NCBI GenBank assembly: GCA_029240695.1
Contig: JARDZU010000002.1
Location: 1 to 38,200 of the forward strand
DNA length: 38,200 nucleotides
Direction of reading: 5' to 3'
Origin: Acidimicrobiia bacterium
GTDB taxonomy: Bacteria; Actinomycetota; Acidimicrobiia; Spongiisociales; ZC4RG35
Shown here: positions 1 to 9,088 of the stretch, in pieces
Layout of the letters: each line of letters starts with the position of its first letter
Numbering within the stretch: position 1 is the stretch's first letter
The notes under the pieces: generated by a model
Seen by the model: only the letters and a program-made list of their open reading frames with translations
Told to the model about the DNA's origin: nothing
Database searches by the model: none
Translations under genes and position numbers: made by a program

Positions 1-114
1 GACGGGATCGAGCAGGTGCTGCTCAAGGACGAAGAGGAACTGATAGACGAGCTGGAGGACGCGGGCTGGTCGACCATCTATGACGAGGGCCCCTACGTCG
101 TCATGAGACCATGA
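1..114 (+). CDS. C-terminal end of an unidentified protein (truncated by window edge)
   Basis: Frame 1 is open from position 1 to TGA at 112-114 (...DELEDAGWSTIYDEGPYVVMRP*). No family recognised. Convergent with the first pilin gene. Confidence 0.35.
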   Translation, partial: DGIEQVLLKDEEELIDELEDAGWSTIYDEGPYVVMRP

Positions 115-120
115 TCCGCT

Positions 121-294
121 CTACTCGAGACCCGATCCGATCTCGCTGAACGCTTCAGAAACCTGGTTGCCGGCGAGTCTTATCGCCAGGATGGCGACGA
201 TGGCGATCAGCACTACTAAGAGGGCGTATTCCACCATCGAGGCGCCCTTCTCTTTGGCCAGCCAGTTCGATGTCTTGACCCAGAGCCGTGACAC
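121..294 (-). CDS. Flp/Fap-family type IVb prepilin, paralogue 1 (57 aa)
   Basis: C-terminal part of track ORF 121..525. GTG at 292-294 is preceded by GGGAGG (revcomp of 299-304) 4 nt upstream. The product (M)SRLWVKTSNWLAKEKG/ASMVEYALLVVLIAIVAILAIRLAG... has the Flp G/xxxxEY processing motif plus a hydrophobic helix. Confidence 0.8.
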   Translation of the reverse strand: MSRLWVKTSNWLAKEKGASMVEYALLVVLIAIVAILAIRLAGNQVSEAFSEIGSGLE

Positions 295-390
295 GATGCC
301 TCCCTGGTCGTTGGTCGTGTCCTTCTCGAAGGACCGTACGTCCGCATTCGCGACCGGGCAATGAGTCGATAGGCCTATGGCTCGGAAATA

Positions 391-421
391 GAAGAAGGAC
401 CCGCAAGGCGGGTCCTTCTTC
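391..421 (-). terminator. GC-rich hairpin downstream of pilin paralogue 2
   Basis: Perfect 14-bp inverted repeat GAAGAAGGACCCGC / GCGGGTCCTTCTTC (391-404 / 408-421). On the minus strand it is followed by TATTTCC, a weak U-tract. Confidence 0.55.
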
Positions 422-439
422 CTTTGATCTGAGCTGAGC

Positions 440-613
440 TCAGGTGAGGCCGGAGCCGATCTCGCTGAAGGTCGAGGAGACCTCCCTACCGGCGAGACGG
501 ACGGCGACGAGAGCGACGATGGCAATCAGGACAACGAGCAGGGCGTACTCAACCATCGAGGCGCCCTTCTCCTCCTGCATCCAGCTCACTACCTTGGTCC
601 ACAAAGCAAGCAT
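440..613 (-). CDS. Flp/Fap-family prepilin, paralogue 2 (57 aa)
   Basis: Track ORF 440..649 trimmed to the ATG at 611-613, which has AAGGAGG 6 nt upstream. Product: MLALWTKVVSWMQEEKG/ASMVEYALLVVLIAIVALVAVRLAGREVSSTFSEIGSGLT. Confidence 0.85.
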   Translation of the reverse strand: MLALWTKVVSWMQEEKGASMVEYALLVVLIAIVALVAVRLAGREVSSTFSEIGSGLT

Positions 614-694
614 GAAGCCCCTCCTTGGGTCTGCGAATACGGCTTGCATTTGATTTATCGGCCGATGCGGTCAAAACCTGAGGATAAAAAGGAG

Positions 695-720
695 AAAAGG
701 CCCGCAATTGCGGGCCTTTT
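695..720 (-). terminator. Rho-independent terminator downstream of pilin paralogue 3
   Basis: AAAAGGCCCGC-AATT-GCGGGCCTTTT perfect hairpin. On the minus strand it is followed by CTCCTTTTTATCC. Confidence 0.7.
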
Positions 721-738
721 CCGTCGAGTCGTTGACTC

Positions 739-915
739 TTAGCTGCCGAGGCCGGAGCCGATCTCGCTGAAGGTCGAGGAGACCTCATTCCCGGCGAGAC
801 GCACGGCGACGAGAGCGACAATGGCGATCAGGACGACGAGCAGGGCATACTCAACCATCGAGGCGCCCTTCTCTTCGGCCATCCAGCTTGTCAATTTGGT
901 CCACAGAGCAAACAT
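739..915 (-). CDS. Flp/Fap-family prepilin, paralogue 3 (58 aa; absent from the ORF track)
   Basis: Hand translation of the minus strand gives ATG 913-915 (AAGGAGG 6 nt upstream) to TAA at 739-741. Product: MFALWTKLTSWMAEEKG/ASMVEYALLVVLIAIVALVAVRLAGNEVSSTFSEIGSGLGS. Confidence 0.85.
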   Translation of the reverse strand: MFALWTKLTSWMAEEKGASMVEYALLVVLIAIVALVAVRLAGNEVSSTFSEIGSGLGS

Positions 916-1005
916 GGAACCCCTCCTTGGGTTGTTGCCTTGGCTTGCAATCGGGCAAGGTAGCCCTACCTTCCCATGGGACCTATGGGTCCCAGGGACT
1001 ATCGT

Positions 1006-1182
1006 TCACGACCCCGCGTCCACCAGATTCGAGCTGATGTCGGAGTAAGTGCTACTGAGCTCATCTCCGAAATAGGCCACGGCAGCGAGAGCCGCAATGG
1101 CTATGAGGAGGACGAGGAGTGAGTACTCAACAAGAGAAGCACCCTTCTCGTTGCTGAGAAACCTCATCAACCTGGCGTACAT
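1006..1182 (-). CDS. Flp/Fap-family prepilin, divergent paralogue 4 (58 aa)
   Basis: Track ORF 1006..1221 trimmed to the ATG at 1180-1182. Product: MYARLMRFLSNEKG/ASLVEYSLLVLLIAIAALAAVAYFG... It has the same G/xxxxEY motif. The start choice is less certain (weak SD). Confidence 0.7.
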   Translation of the reverse strand: MYARLMRFLSNEKGASLVEYSLLVLLIAIAALAAVAYFGDELSSTYSDISSNLVDAGS

Positions 1183-1280
1183 TTCTTCTCTCTTGCTCAC
1201 CCGCATCAGCGTAGGGCTCACGACGGGACCTGCTCATGGGCCTCAAGGCTCATATGATGGATTCGGCTCATATTCGTTAC

Positions 1281-1919
1281 CTAGCTGGGTCGGGCGATGC
1301 CCAGACGTATCGCCTCGATGGCGGCCTGGGTCCGATCGCTGACCGCGAGTTTCTGGAAGATCGACGCGAGGTGGTTTTTGACCGTCTTTTGGGAGATGTA
1401 GAGGCGTTCGGCCAACTCGTCGGTGGCGGATACTCCGACCGCCAGGAGTTGGAGGATCTCTTTCTCCCTTTCCGTGAGCGAGGCCGCCCCGGGGTCGAGA
1501 CGGGCCTGCCCATAGTGCTCCAAGAGCTCGTCGCGCGCCGTGTCGTCGAGTGAGATGAGGTCCTGGCCGTCGGCTACCGCCCTGATCGCGGCGGCGAGGG
1601 TCACCAACGGGACTCCTTTGGAGAAGAAGCCCCTGGCGCCAGCCTTCTGAGCGCGCTCTTTCTGCTCATCTGAGGCGTACATCGAGACGACGATCGAGCT
1701 GGTACGTCTCCCCAACTCGGAAATGGTGTCGATACCGTCGCCACCGGGCATCTCGATATCCACGATGGACACTTCGGCGGGCTGGCTCAACAAGGCTTCC
1801 TCCAACGCAGGGCCGGATGCGACCACCCCAACCACCCGAGTATCGGGGAGGATGTTGAGGGCCTGACTCAGCCCTTCTGCGAACAGTTGGTGGTCGTCGG
1901 CGATCATCACTCGAATCAT
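1281..1919 (-). CDS. NarL/LuxR-family response regulator (REC + HTH_LuxR)
   Basis: MIRVMIADDHQLF...IVDIEMPGGDG (receiver acidic pocket). C-terminal LTEREKEILQLLAVGVSATDELAERLYISQKTVKNHLASIFQKL is a LuxR-type HTH. The ATG at 1917-1919 overlaps the kinase stop (ATGA). Confidence 0.9.
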   Translation of the reverse strand: MIRVMIADDHQLFAEGLSQALNILPDTRVVGVVASGPALEEALLSQPAEVSIVDIEMPGGDGIDTISELGRRTSSIVVSMYASDEQKERAQKAGARGFFSKGVPLVTLAAAIRAVADGQDLISLDDTARDELLEHYGQARLDPGAASLTEREKEILQLLAVGVSATDELAERLYISQKTVKNHLASIFQKLAVSDRTQAAIEAIRLGIARPS

Positions 1920-3436
1920 CGGTTGCCCCATTCCACGGTCACGGTTGTCCCTCCTCCAGGAGTTGGTTGAAAACTGATCTTCGCCCCTATTTTGTCGGCA
2001 CGTTCGCGCATGCCCGTTAGGCCGAAATGGCCATCGGGCTCGTAGGTCGGGTCGAATCCGCTTCCGTCGTCGATCACCGAGCAGACGCCGAAGGAGCGGT
2101 CGATCCTCCCCGATACCAGTATCTGCGAGCCCCCTGAGTGATTGTGGGCATTTCTGGTGGCCTCGGTGATGATCGAGGTCAGATCGGCGATAACTGCGGG
2201 CCGTGGTGGCCGTCTTTCCTCGAGATCTACGACGACCTGAGGGGCACCGTTCAGGCCCGATGTGGACTGGAGGAGTCGAGCCGTGAGCGTCGGGCCGGGG
2301 GCGGTGCGCAAATCGGCAACGGAGGCACGAACATCCTCGACCAATTTCGTCACGTTGGTGCGCAGGACTTTGAGGTCAGCGGAGAGTTCGGGATGCTCGG
2401 CCTGTTGCATCGCGGCCATGTCGAGCGCCAATCCCAGTGAAGCGAGTGAAGGCCCGATGTCGTCGTGCATCTCCCGGGCAAGACGAATCCGCTCCTCGGC
2501 CACGGCGGAGCCAACGATGTTCTGAAGCAACTGGAGGTTGGCGAAAGCGATGCTCACGGGCTGAACGAACGCCTCGATGTCGATCAGATCAGGTCTCGAG
2601 AGCGATTGCGGAGTGAGGAGTTCCAGGCTTCCTACTGATGCGTCGGCAGTAGATAACGGGACCTGGTATGGGTGGGGGCTATCGGGAGGAAGCCCCCGAG
2701 AGGCGAGGACGACCGGGCCATCCTCGTCGTCGAGCACGAGTCGCCCGGAAGACCCCGGGATTCGAGCCAGGATCGCCTCCAGTGTGTCGGCCGCCACCTC
2801 GACGGCGTTGAGACGCCCGGCGGAGATGTCTTCGGACAGGCGGATGAGGACGCCATGGATCTCCTCCAGGTTCTCCAGCTTTTGCGTGGCCGATTCCGTT
2901 GCCTCGGCCAGCTCACCCGCCTGACGATGGGCATCTTCCAAGAGACGCCGGATCACTGTCACCAGCAGGACAAAAGCGACGTAGAGCCCAATGACGGGTA
3001 ACGCATCAGTGATCGCGGAGGCTGAATCTTCCTGTGAGATGGTCACCAAGAACAGGAGGGCCACCGAGAGGAATCCGGTCATCAACCCGGTGCGAAGCCC
3101 GCCGTAGATCGTGGCGAGGATTGGCGGTCCCATCGACAACAAGATGTAGGGGCTGTTGGGCCCTCCGGTGAGGGTGATGGCGGTGATGGTGAGAAATGCA
3201 CCGATCAGGGTGATGGCTTCGGCTCCAAAGCGCCGGCGATACCAGCTCTCGGGAACGGCTGCGGTGCCGATCACATAGATCGTTCCGAGGGCCATCGCCA
3301 GGAGAGAGTCACCGTCCGGAAAGCCGACAGCGGAGATCAGATCGAAGATCACCGCGTATATCAGGACGACGAATTGCCCGATCGTGACACTCCGATGGAG
3401 CCGGAATTCCCAGGGGGCCGGGACGGAGACCGTCAT
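1916..3436 (-). CDS. Membrane sensor histidine kinase, HisKA_3/NarL-type
   Basis: H-box EERIRLAREMHDDIGPSL. HATPase_c motifs (EATRNAHNHS, VIDDGSGF, GLTGMRERA). About 6 N-terminal hydrophobic helices plus a GAF-like linker. Start set at the ATG at 3434-3436, because the longer ORF (to 3550) is antisense to the coaE P-loop. Confidence 0.85.
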   Translation of the reverse strand: MTVSVPAPWEFRLHRSVTIGQFVVLIYAVIFDLISAVGFPDGDSLLAMALGTIYVIGTAAVPESWYRRRFGAEAITLIGAFLTITAITLTGGPNSPYILLSMGPPILATIYGGLRTGLMTGFLSVALLFLVTISQEDSASAITDALPVIGLYVAFVLLVTVIRRLLEDAHRQAGELAEATESATQKLENLEEIHGVLIRLSEDISAGRLNAVEVAADTLEAILARIPGSSGRLVLDDEDGPVVLASRGLPPDSPHPYQVPLSTADASVGSLELLTPQSLSRPDLIDIEAFVQPVSIAFANLQLLQNIVGSAVAEERIRLAREMHDDIGPSLASLGLALDMAAMQQAEHPELSADLKVLRTNVTKLVEDVRASVADLRTAPGPTLTARLLQSTSGLNGAPQVVVDLEERRPPRPAVIADLTSIITEATRNAHNHSGGSQILVSGRIDRSFGVCSVIDDGSGFDPTYEPDGHFGLTGMRERADKIGAKISFQPTPGGGTTVTVEWGNR

Positions 3437-3461
3437 AGGGGCAAGGCTACCGTCGGTGGTG

Positions 3462-4061
3462 ATGAGTTCCTTGGACGGGCGCTGGCTGATCACGGGCGGA
3501 ATCGGGTCCGGTAAGACTGAGGTTCGCCGGCTACTGGCGGTACGGGGCATTCACACCGTCGACGCGGACGCCGTGGGTCACCTCGTCCTTGCCGGTGAAG
3601 GATTGGCCCCGGTCGCCGAGCGATGGCCGGACGTCGTCCTCGAAGGCCAGATAGACCGCCAGGCGCTGGCCCGGATCGTTTTCGACGACCCGGGAGAGCT
3701 CGAGGTGCTCGAGGCGATCACTCATCCCATGATCTTCGGTCGAATCGAGGCCGATTTGAAGGGGTTTTCCGGTGTTGCAGTCGTCGAGGTGCCGTTACTC
3801 GAAGGCCCGAAAGGCTGGCCAATGATCGTGGTAGATGCCGATGACGAGACCCGGCTGCGTCGGGCCGTCGAGCGGGGCATGAGCGAAGCAGATGTCCATC
3901 GTCGAATGGCGTCACAACCCAGCCGGGCAGAGTGGCTGGCGGCCGCCGATGTTGTGGTGCCAAATCACGACAAAATCCAGCACCTGGAGGAGGCGTCGGC
4001 AGTGCTGGGCGACTATCTCCTAGGGGGATTGCGGACGGATCTTGTCCCAGGCCACCGGTAG
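3462..4061 (+). CDS. coaE: Dephospho-CoA kinase
   Basis: N-terminal RWLITGGIGSGKTEV P-loop and ...ITHPMIFGRIE... It sits immediately upstream of uvrB, as in many actinobacteria. Start at the ATG at 3462 inside track ORF 3384..4061. Confidence 0.85.
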   Translation: MSSLDGRWLITGGIGSGKTEVRRLLAVRGIHTVDADAVGHLVLAGEGLAPVAERWPDVVLEGQIDRQALARIVFDDPGELEVLEAITHPMIFGRIEADLKGFSGVAVVEVPLLEGPKGWPMIVVDADDETRLRRAVERGMSEADVHRRMASQPSRAEWLAAADVVVPNHDKIQHLEEASAVLGDYLLGGLRTDLVPGHR

Positions 4062-4070
4062 CCTCCGACA

Positions 4071-6077
4071 GTGCCCGAATTCAAGATCGTGTCCGATTTC
4101 GCCCCGGCTGGTGACCAGCCGGCCGCGATCGCGGCCCTCGCCGAGGGGATAAGCAGGGGCGACCGCTATCAGACCCTGCTCGGGATCACTGGGTCGGGCA
4201 AGTCGGCCACCATCGCCTGGACCATCGAGCAGGTGCAGAGGCCAACGCTGGTGCTCGCCCCCAACAAGGCTCTTGCCGCGCAACTCGCCAACGAGTTCCG
4301 ACAGTTCTTCCCTCACAACAGGGTGGAGTACTTCGTCTCCTACTACGACTACTACCAGCCGGAGGCGTATCTGCCTCAAACCGACACCTACATCGAGAAG
4401 GACGCCACGATCAACGACGAGATCGACCGTCTCCGTCACTCGGCGACGGCGGGTCTGCTGGTCCGGGACGACGTCATCATCGTGGCCTCGGTGTCGGCAA
4501 TATATGGCCTGGGTTCCCCGGAGCAATACATGGGCCAGCTTCTTCGGCTGGTGCAAGGGGTCGAGTACCCCATGAAGGATGCGATTCAGCGTCTGGTGAA
4601 CATCCAGTACGAGCGCAACGAAGTCAACCTCATCCGCGGAAAATTCCGTGTGAAGGGCGACACCCTGGAGGTGTTCCCCTCATACGAGGAGACCATCGTT
4701 CGGGTCCAGTTCTGGGGCGACGAGGTGGAGCGCATCATCAGGCTCAATCCGGTCACCGGAGAGGTGGTCGAAGAGCTGTACGAGTTGTTCGTGTTCCCCG
4801 CCACCCACTATGTCACCGAGCGGGAGCGCATGCTCAAGGCGATCGTCTCGATCGAAGAGGAGCTGAAGAATCGTCTCGCCGAGTTGGAAGGCAAGGGCAA
4901 GATGCTCGAGGCGCAGCGTCTTCGCATGCGGACCAACTACGACCTGGAGATGATGCGTGAGGTCGGGTTCTGCTCAGGGATCGAGAACTACTCACGTCAT
5001 CTCGACGGGAGGTCGGCGGGTGAGGCTCCGTACACGCTCCTCGACTACTTCCCCAAGAACTACCTGACCATCATCGATGAGTCGCATGTGACCGTGCCTC
5101 AGATCGGGGGCCAATACGAGGGTGACCACTCCCGGAAGGAGGTCCTGGTCGAACATGGCTTCCGTCTTCCGTCGGCCAAGGACAATCGGCCACTCCGATT
5201 CGACGAGTGGTTGGAGAAGGCGAACCAGATCGTTTTCCTTTCCGCTACACCATCGGACTTCGAGGTCTCTCGCTCCACCCAGGTTGTGGAGCAGATCATC
5301 CGTCCAACCGGTCTCATCGACCCGGAAGTGATGATCCGACCCACCAAGGGCCAGATCGATGACCTACTCCACGAGATCAGAGAACGTGCCCTCCGGGAAC
5401 AGCGAGTCCTGGTGACGACGCTGACCAAGAAGATGGCTGAGGACCTCACCGACTATCTCTTGGAGATGGGCGTCCGGGCCCGGTACATGCACTCCGAGAT
5501 CGACACTTTGGAGCGGGTGCAGATAATGCGGGAGCTTCGACTCGGCGACTTCGACGTCCTCGTCGGGATCAACCTGCTTCGTGAGGGGCTGGACCTACCC
5601 GAAGTCTCCTTGGTGGCCATCCTCGACGCCGACAAGGAGGGCTTTCTCCGCTCGGAGACCTCATTGATCCAGATCATCGGTAGGGCGGCACGAAATGTGG
5701 ACGGTCAGGTCGTGATGTACGCCGACAATGTGACCGAGTCGATGAAGCGGGCGATAAACGAGACGAATCGGCGGCGCCGGGCCCAGTCCGAGTGGAATGC
5801 TGAGCACGGAATCGATCCGCAGACGGTGAGAAAACGGGTGTCCGACATACTGGAATTGGTTCAGTCGGAGGCTCCGAAAGGCGACAGAAGAAGACGCGAG
5901 GTCGAGCCCCGGAGGCCGATCGACCTAGAGGGCGACGATCTGACCAGGCTGATCATGAGTCTGGAGGACGAAATGCACGAAGCTGCCAAGGAACTCCGAT
6001 TCGAATACGCCGCGCGACTCCGCGATGAAGTCAATGAGCTCCGTCGAGAGCTCCGTGAGGTCGCAGAGGCCGGCTGA
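4071..6077 (+). CDS. uvrB: Excinuclease ABC subunit B
   Basis: 668 aa. Motifs: [37 protein letters not shown], and the C-terminal UVR motif [21 protein letters not shown] start. Confidence 0.98.
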   Translation: MPEFKIVSDFAPAGDQPAAIAALAEGISRGDRYQTLLGITGSGKSATIAWTIEQVQRPTLVLAPNKALAAQLANEFRQFFPHNRVEYFVSYYDYYQPEAYLPQTDTYIEKDATINDEIDRLRHSATAGLLVRDDVIIVASVSAIYGLGSPEQYMGQLLRLVQGVEYPMKDAIQRLVNIQYERNEVNLIRGKFRVKGDTLEVFPSYEETIVRVQFWGDEVERIIRLNPVTGEVVEELYELFVFPATHYVTERERMLKAIVSIEEELKNRLAELEGKGKMLEAQRLRMRTNYDLEMMREVGFCSGIENYSRHLDGRSAGEAPYTLLDYFPKNYLTIIDESHVTVPQIGGQYEGDHSRKEVLVEHGFRLPSAKDNRPLRFDEWLEKANQIVFLSATPSDFEVSRSTQVVEQIIRPTGLIDPEVMIRPTKGQIDDLLHEIRERALREQRVLVTTLTKKMAEDLTDYLLEMGVRARYMHSEIDTLERVQIMRELRLGDFDVLVGINLLREGLDLPEVSLVAILDADKEGFLRSETSLIQIIGRAARNVDGQVVMYADNVTESMKRAINETNRRRRAQSEWNAEHGIDPQTVRKRVSDILELVQSEAPKGDRRRREVEPRRPIDLEGDDLTRLIMSLEDEMHEAAKELRFEYAARLRDEVNELRRELREVAEAG

Positions 6078-6251
6078 GTCGTTGATCGGCTGACCCCTCG
6101 CCGCGAACAACGCCTGGCCCACCCAAGTCCTGCAGGTTCGGTCCGTCGCAAAGAACGTCAAGAACCAGGGGCTCAGGCCCCGAAACGGCGCGAAACTCTG
6201 CGACAGGGTTCACCTTCAGTCGCTCAATATTCGAGGCGATAGTCACGATAT

Positions 6252-7289
6252 ATGTCTGTGAGAAGGTGGCCCGCCCTCGACGGGTTGAGGGGATTCGCAA
6301 TCCTGTTCGTGCTCGCCGCGCATTCGGCGATCGTCAACGTCTATGTCGCGGGACAGATCGGGGTCACCCTGTTCTTCGTCCTCTCGGGTTTTCTCATAAC
6401 GTATCTGCTTCTCGACGAGGTCGACGACACTGGGGGAGTCGACCTCAAGGCTTTCTACGGGAGACGCGCTCTGCGACTTCTGCCCGCCCTGCTGGTCTAC
6501 CTCGTCGGAATTGCACTCCTCATGTCCATTCTCGGATTGGGACTCCCGATTTGGGACATGACGTGGCCCCCAGCCGTGTACATGGCCAATTACGTCCAGA
6601 TTCTCGGTCAGGACCTCTACGCCCATCGCCATCTCTGGAGCCTGGCCGTGGAAGAGCACTTCTATCTGGTGTGGCCCGTTCTGGTCTGGCTAGGCGCCAC
6701 CAGGCGATTGAAGATCCTCGGATTGGTTCTGGTCGGACTCGTGGCGTGGCGAGTCGGGATCGGCGCCGTCAATCCAGTCTGGGCGTATGAATCGACTGAC
6801 ACCAACGCCTATGCCCTCGGGCTCGGCTGTCTCGTGGCGGCGGCTCATCACCGCGGTTGGCGAATGCGGCTTCACCGTCGCACGGCCGAGGCCGGCGTGA
6901 TCCTTCTGGCGTTTCTCAGTTTGGTGCCGGTGAGGAGTCTCGATCACCTCTATGAGATCGGTGTCTGGCTTCCGCCTCTCGCAGCGATGGTTGCCGCATT
7001 GTGTGTCTACGCCGCAGTCGAGCTTCGTCCGGCATTCCTCGGGGCGCGCGGCCTCCGCTGGTTCGGTGGGATCTCATATGGGCTCTATCTCTGGCACGCT
7101 CCACTGCTTCAGATACCCGCGCTGGCCGCTTCGCGTCTCACACGGCTGACCGCCGTGGGGTTGGCAATCGGCATCGCCTGGTTGTCATGGACCTGGATAG
7201 AGAGCCCGATCCTCAAGAGCAGGTTGAGGCAGCGATTTCTCCCGCGCAGCCGTCGGGCTGAGATCATGATTTCGAATAGCCAGGCGTGA
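6252..7289 (+). CDS. Acyltransferase family 3 membrane protein (OafA/YrhL-like glycan O-acyltransferase)
   Basis: N-terminal WPALDGLRGFAILFVLAAHS signature and about 10 hydrophobic helices. 345 aa. Confidence 0.8.
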   Translation: MSVRRWPALDGLRGFAILFVLAAHSAIVNVYVAGQIGVTLFFVLSGFLITYLLLDEVDDTGGVDLKAFYGRRALRLLPALLVYLVGIALLMSILGLGLPIWDMTWPPAVYMANYVQILGQDLYAHRHLWSLAVEEHFYLVWPVLVWLGATRRLKILGLVLVGLVAWRVGIGAVNPVWAYESTDTNAYALGLGCLVAAAHHRGWRMRLHRRTAEAGVILLAFLSLVPVRSLDHLYEIGVWLPPLAAMVAALCVYAAVELRPAFLGARGLRWFGGISYGLYLWHAPLLQIPALAASRLTRLTAVGLAIGIAWLSWTWIESPILKSRLRQRFLPRSRRAEIMISNSQA

Positions 7290-7314
7290 GCCGCCCGAGT
7301 GAAGAAGTCATTGC

Positions 7315-8037
7315 ATGTATAGCGGATTGAAGATCCTGGCGATGGCGCCGGTCCTCGACGAGAAAGTGAAGATCGTCGAAGTGATCAGACGAGTACCGCG
7401 CGAGGTCGTTGACGAGGTTCTGATCGTCGACGATGGTTCCACCGACGGCTCGCAAGACGTGGCCCGAACCGCCGGGGCGACAGTCATCGAGCTGGGCCGG
7501 ACACTCGGGGTCGGCGCAGCGATTCGCACCGGGTACCAGTACGCCATAGACCACGGATTCGACATCGCGGTGGTCATGGCTGGGAACAACAAGGACTCGC
7601 CCGAGGAGATCCCGCTGCTGCTGGCACCCATTGCAGGCGGCGTGGCCGACCTGGTCCAGGGATCGCGTTGGCTATCCGAATCGAGCGATTACGGGGAGAT
7701 GCCGCTGTACAGGAAAATGGCGACACGTCTTCATCCGTTCATATTTCGGCTCATCTCGAGTGCCGACCTGACCGATACCACCAATGGGTTCCGGGCGGTG
7801 CGAACATCGATGCTGAAGGATCCCAAGCTCGCGCTCGATCAGCGGTGGCTGGACGAATACGAGTTGGAGGTATATCTCCTGTACAAGGCGGCCAAGCTCG
7901 GCTACGTGGTGACCGAGGTTGGAGTCACCAAGCGGTACCCGCCGAAAGAGCTCGGGCAAACGAAGATGAAGCCGATAGTTGGCTGGTGGTCGATTCTGCG
8001 ACCCCTCTTCCTGCTCGGCCTTGGAATCAAGAAATGA
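7315..8037 (+). CDS. Family 2 glycosyltransferase, polyprenyl-phosphate-sugar synthase-like (DPM1/GtrB-like)
   Basis: ...VLIVDDGSTDGSQDVA... DxD-type GT-A core, about 240 aa, with a short hydrophobic C-terminal tail (IVGWWSILRPLFLLGLGI). Confidence 0.8.
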   Translation: MYSGLKILAMAPVLDEKVKIVEVIRRVPREVVDEVLIVDDGSTDGSQDVARTAGATVIELGRTLGVGAAIRTGYQYAIDHGFDIAVVMAGNNKDSPEEIPLLLAPIAGGVADLVQGSRWLSESSDYGEMPLYRKMATRLHPFIFRLISSADLTDTTNGFRAVRTSMLKDPKLALDQRWLDEYELEVYLLYKAAKLGYVVTEVGVTKRYPPKELGQTKMKPIVGWWSILRPLFLLGLGIKK

Positions 8038-8059
8038 AGACTTGGAGCGTGAACTGAAA

Positions 8060-9088
8060 ATGATGATTGGCGTCGCCGTGGTGGGCGCGGGCCATTGGGG
8101 TCCCCATCTGATCAGAAATTTCAACGACCACCTGTCAAGCCACACGCTTTGGGTAGTCGACCAGGCCGAGACGAGGCGCAAGGCCATCGATGAGCGTTTT
8201 CCGTCCGTGTCTGTGACCGCAAACGTCGATGACGCGCTCAACGACGATCGAGTCGATGCTGTTGTGATCGCCACCCCTACTTCGACACACAGCGGGCTCG
8301 TCAAGCAGGCTCTCGAGGCAAACAAGCACGTGCTCGTCGAGAAGCCGATCACGAACTCCCTCGATGATGCCGCCGAGCTTTGCCGGCTTGCGGAGGCTTC
8401 CGAGCGGGTGCTCATGGTCGGACATGTGTTCTTGTTCAACCCGGCCATTCGGGCAGCCAAGGATTACATCGACAAAGGAGAGCTCGGTGAACTCAAGTAC
8501 TTGTCGATGACCCGGACGAACCTCGGTCCGGTTCGCACCGATGTCAATGCGGCCTGGGACCTCGCCAGTCATGACATCTCCATCGCGAACTACTGGCTCG
8601 GAGATACGCCCGACTCCGTGTCGGCGTCGGGCGGGAGCTGGCTCAACCCCGGTGTGCATGACGTCGTGTTCACCACACTCAGATACCCGGACGACATCAT
8701 GGTGAACATCGAGGCATCCTGGCTCAATCCCCGGAAGCGCCGTCTTATCTCCGTCATCGGCGCAGAGCGAATGCTCACCGTCGACGACATGGATCTCAAC
8801 GAACCACTGCGTCTCTATGACAAGGGTGTGGTCGGAGCCGCGTCTGAGGTAACCGACACCTTTGCCGGATTCAGGTCCCAAATCCGAGAGGGCGAGGTGC
8901 TAATCCCGCATGTGACCACCGGCGAGCCGTTGCGCGCCGAGTGCGACGCCTTCCTCGCCCGGATCCGGGGTGAAGAGGGCACTTTGTCGAACGGCCGGGC
9001 CGGTGCCGACGTGGTGGCGGTGCTCGAGGCGATGGACCGATCCATCGCCAACGACGGTGCCCAGCAGGAAGTTGAGAAAGTCAAATGA
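8060..9088 (+). CDS. Gfo/Idh/MocA NAD-dependent sugar oxidoreductase (WbpB/GnnA-like nucleotide-sugar 3-dehydrogenase)
   Basis: MMIGVAVVGAGHWGPHLIRNF Rossmann N-terminus and EKP motif (LVEKPIT). Track ORF 7979..9088 trimmed to the ATG at 8060. Adjacent to the DegT aminotransferase, with an ATGA stop/start overlap. Confidence 0.85.
   Translation: MMIGVAVVGAGHWGPHLIRNFNDHLSSHTLWVVDQAETRRKAIDERFPSVSVTANVDDALNDDRVDAVVIATPTSTHSGLVKQALEANKHVLVEKPITNSLDDAAELCRLAEASERVLMVGHVFLFNPAIRAAKDYIDKGELGELKYLSMTRTNLGPVRTDVNAAWDLASHDISIANYWLGDTPDSVSASGGSWLNPGVHDVVFTTLRYPDDIMVNIEASWLNPRKRRLISVIGAERMLTVDDMDLNEPLRLYDKGVVGAASEVTDTFAGFRSQIREGEVLIPHVTTGEPLRAECDAFLARIRGEEGTLSNGRAGADVVAVLEAMDRSIANDGAQQEVEKVK

Noticed and set aside
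167-1342. Plus-strand ORFs 167-364, 444-653, 821-1048 and 1097-1342 with the recurring peptide MAIRTTSRAYSTIEAPF.
   Set aside because: They are exact antisense shadows of the four Flp pilin genes, and the repeat in the peptide simply mirrors the conserved pilin core. The pilin frames have SD sequences, the Flp motif and terminators; these ORFs have none.
3437-3550. Longer start (ATG 3550) for the histidine kinase ORF 1916-3550.
   Set aside because: The extra 38 residues (MPRTASSRRTSVLPDPIPPVISQRPSK...) are low-complexity and lie antisense to the coaE P-loop (GGIGSGKT). The internal ATG at 3436 removes the overlap.
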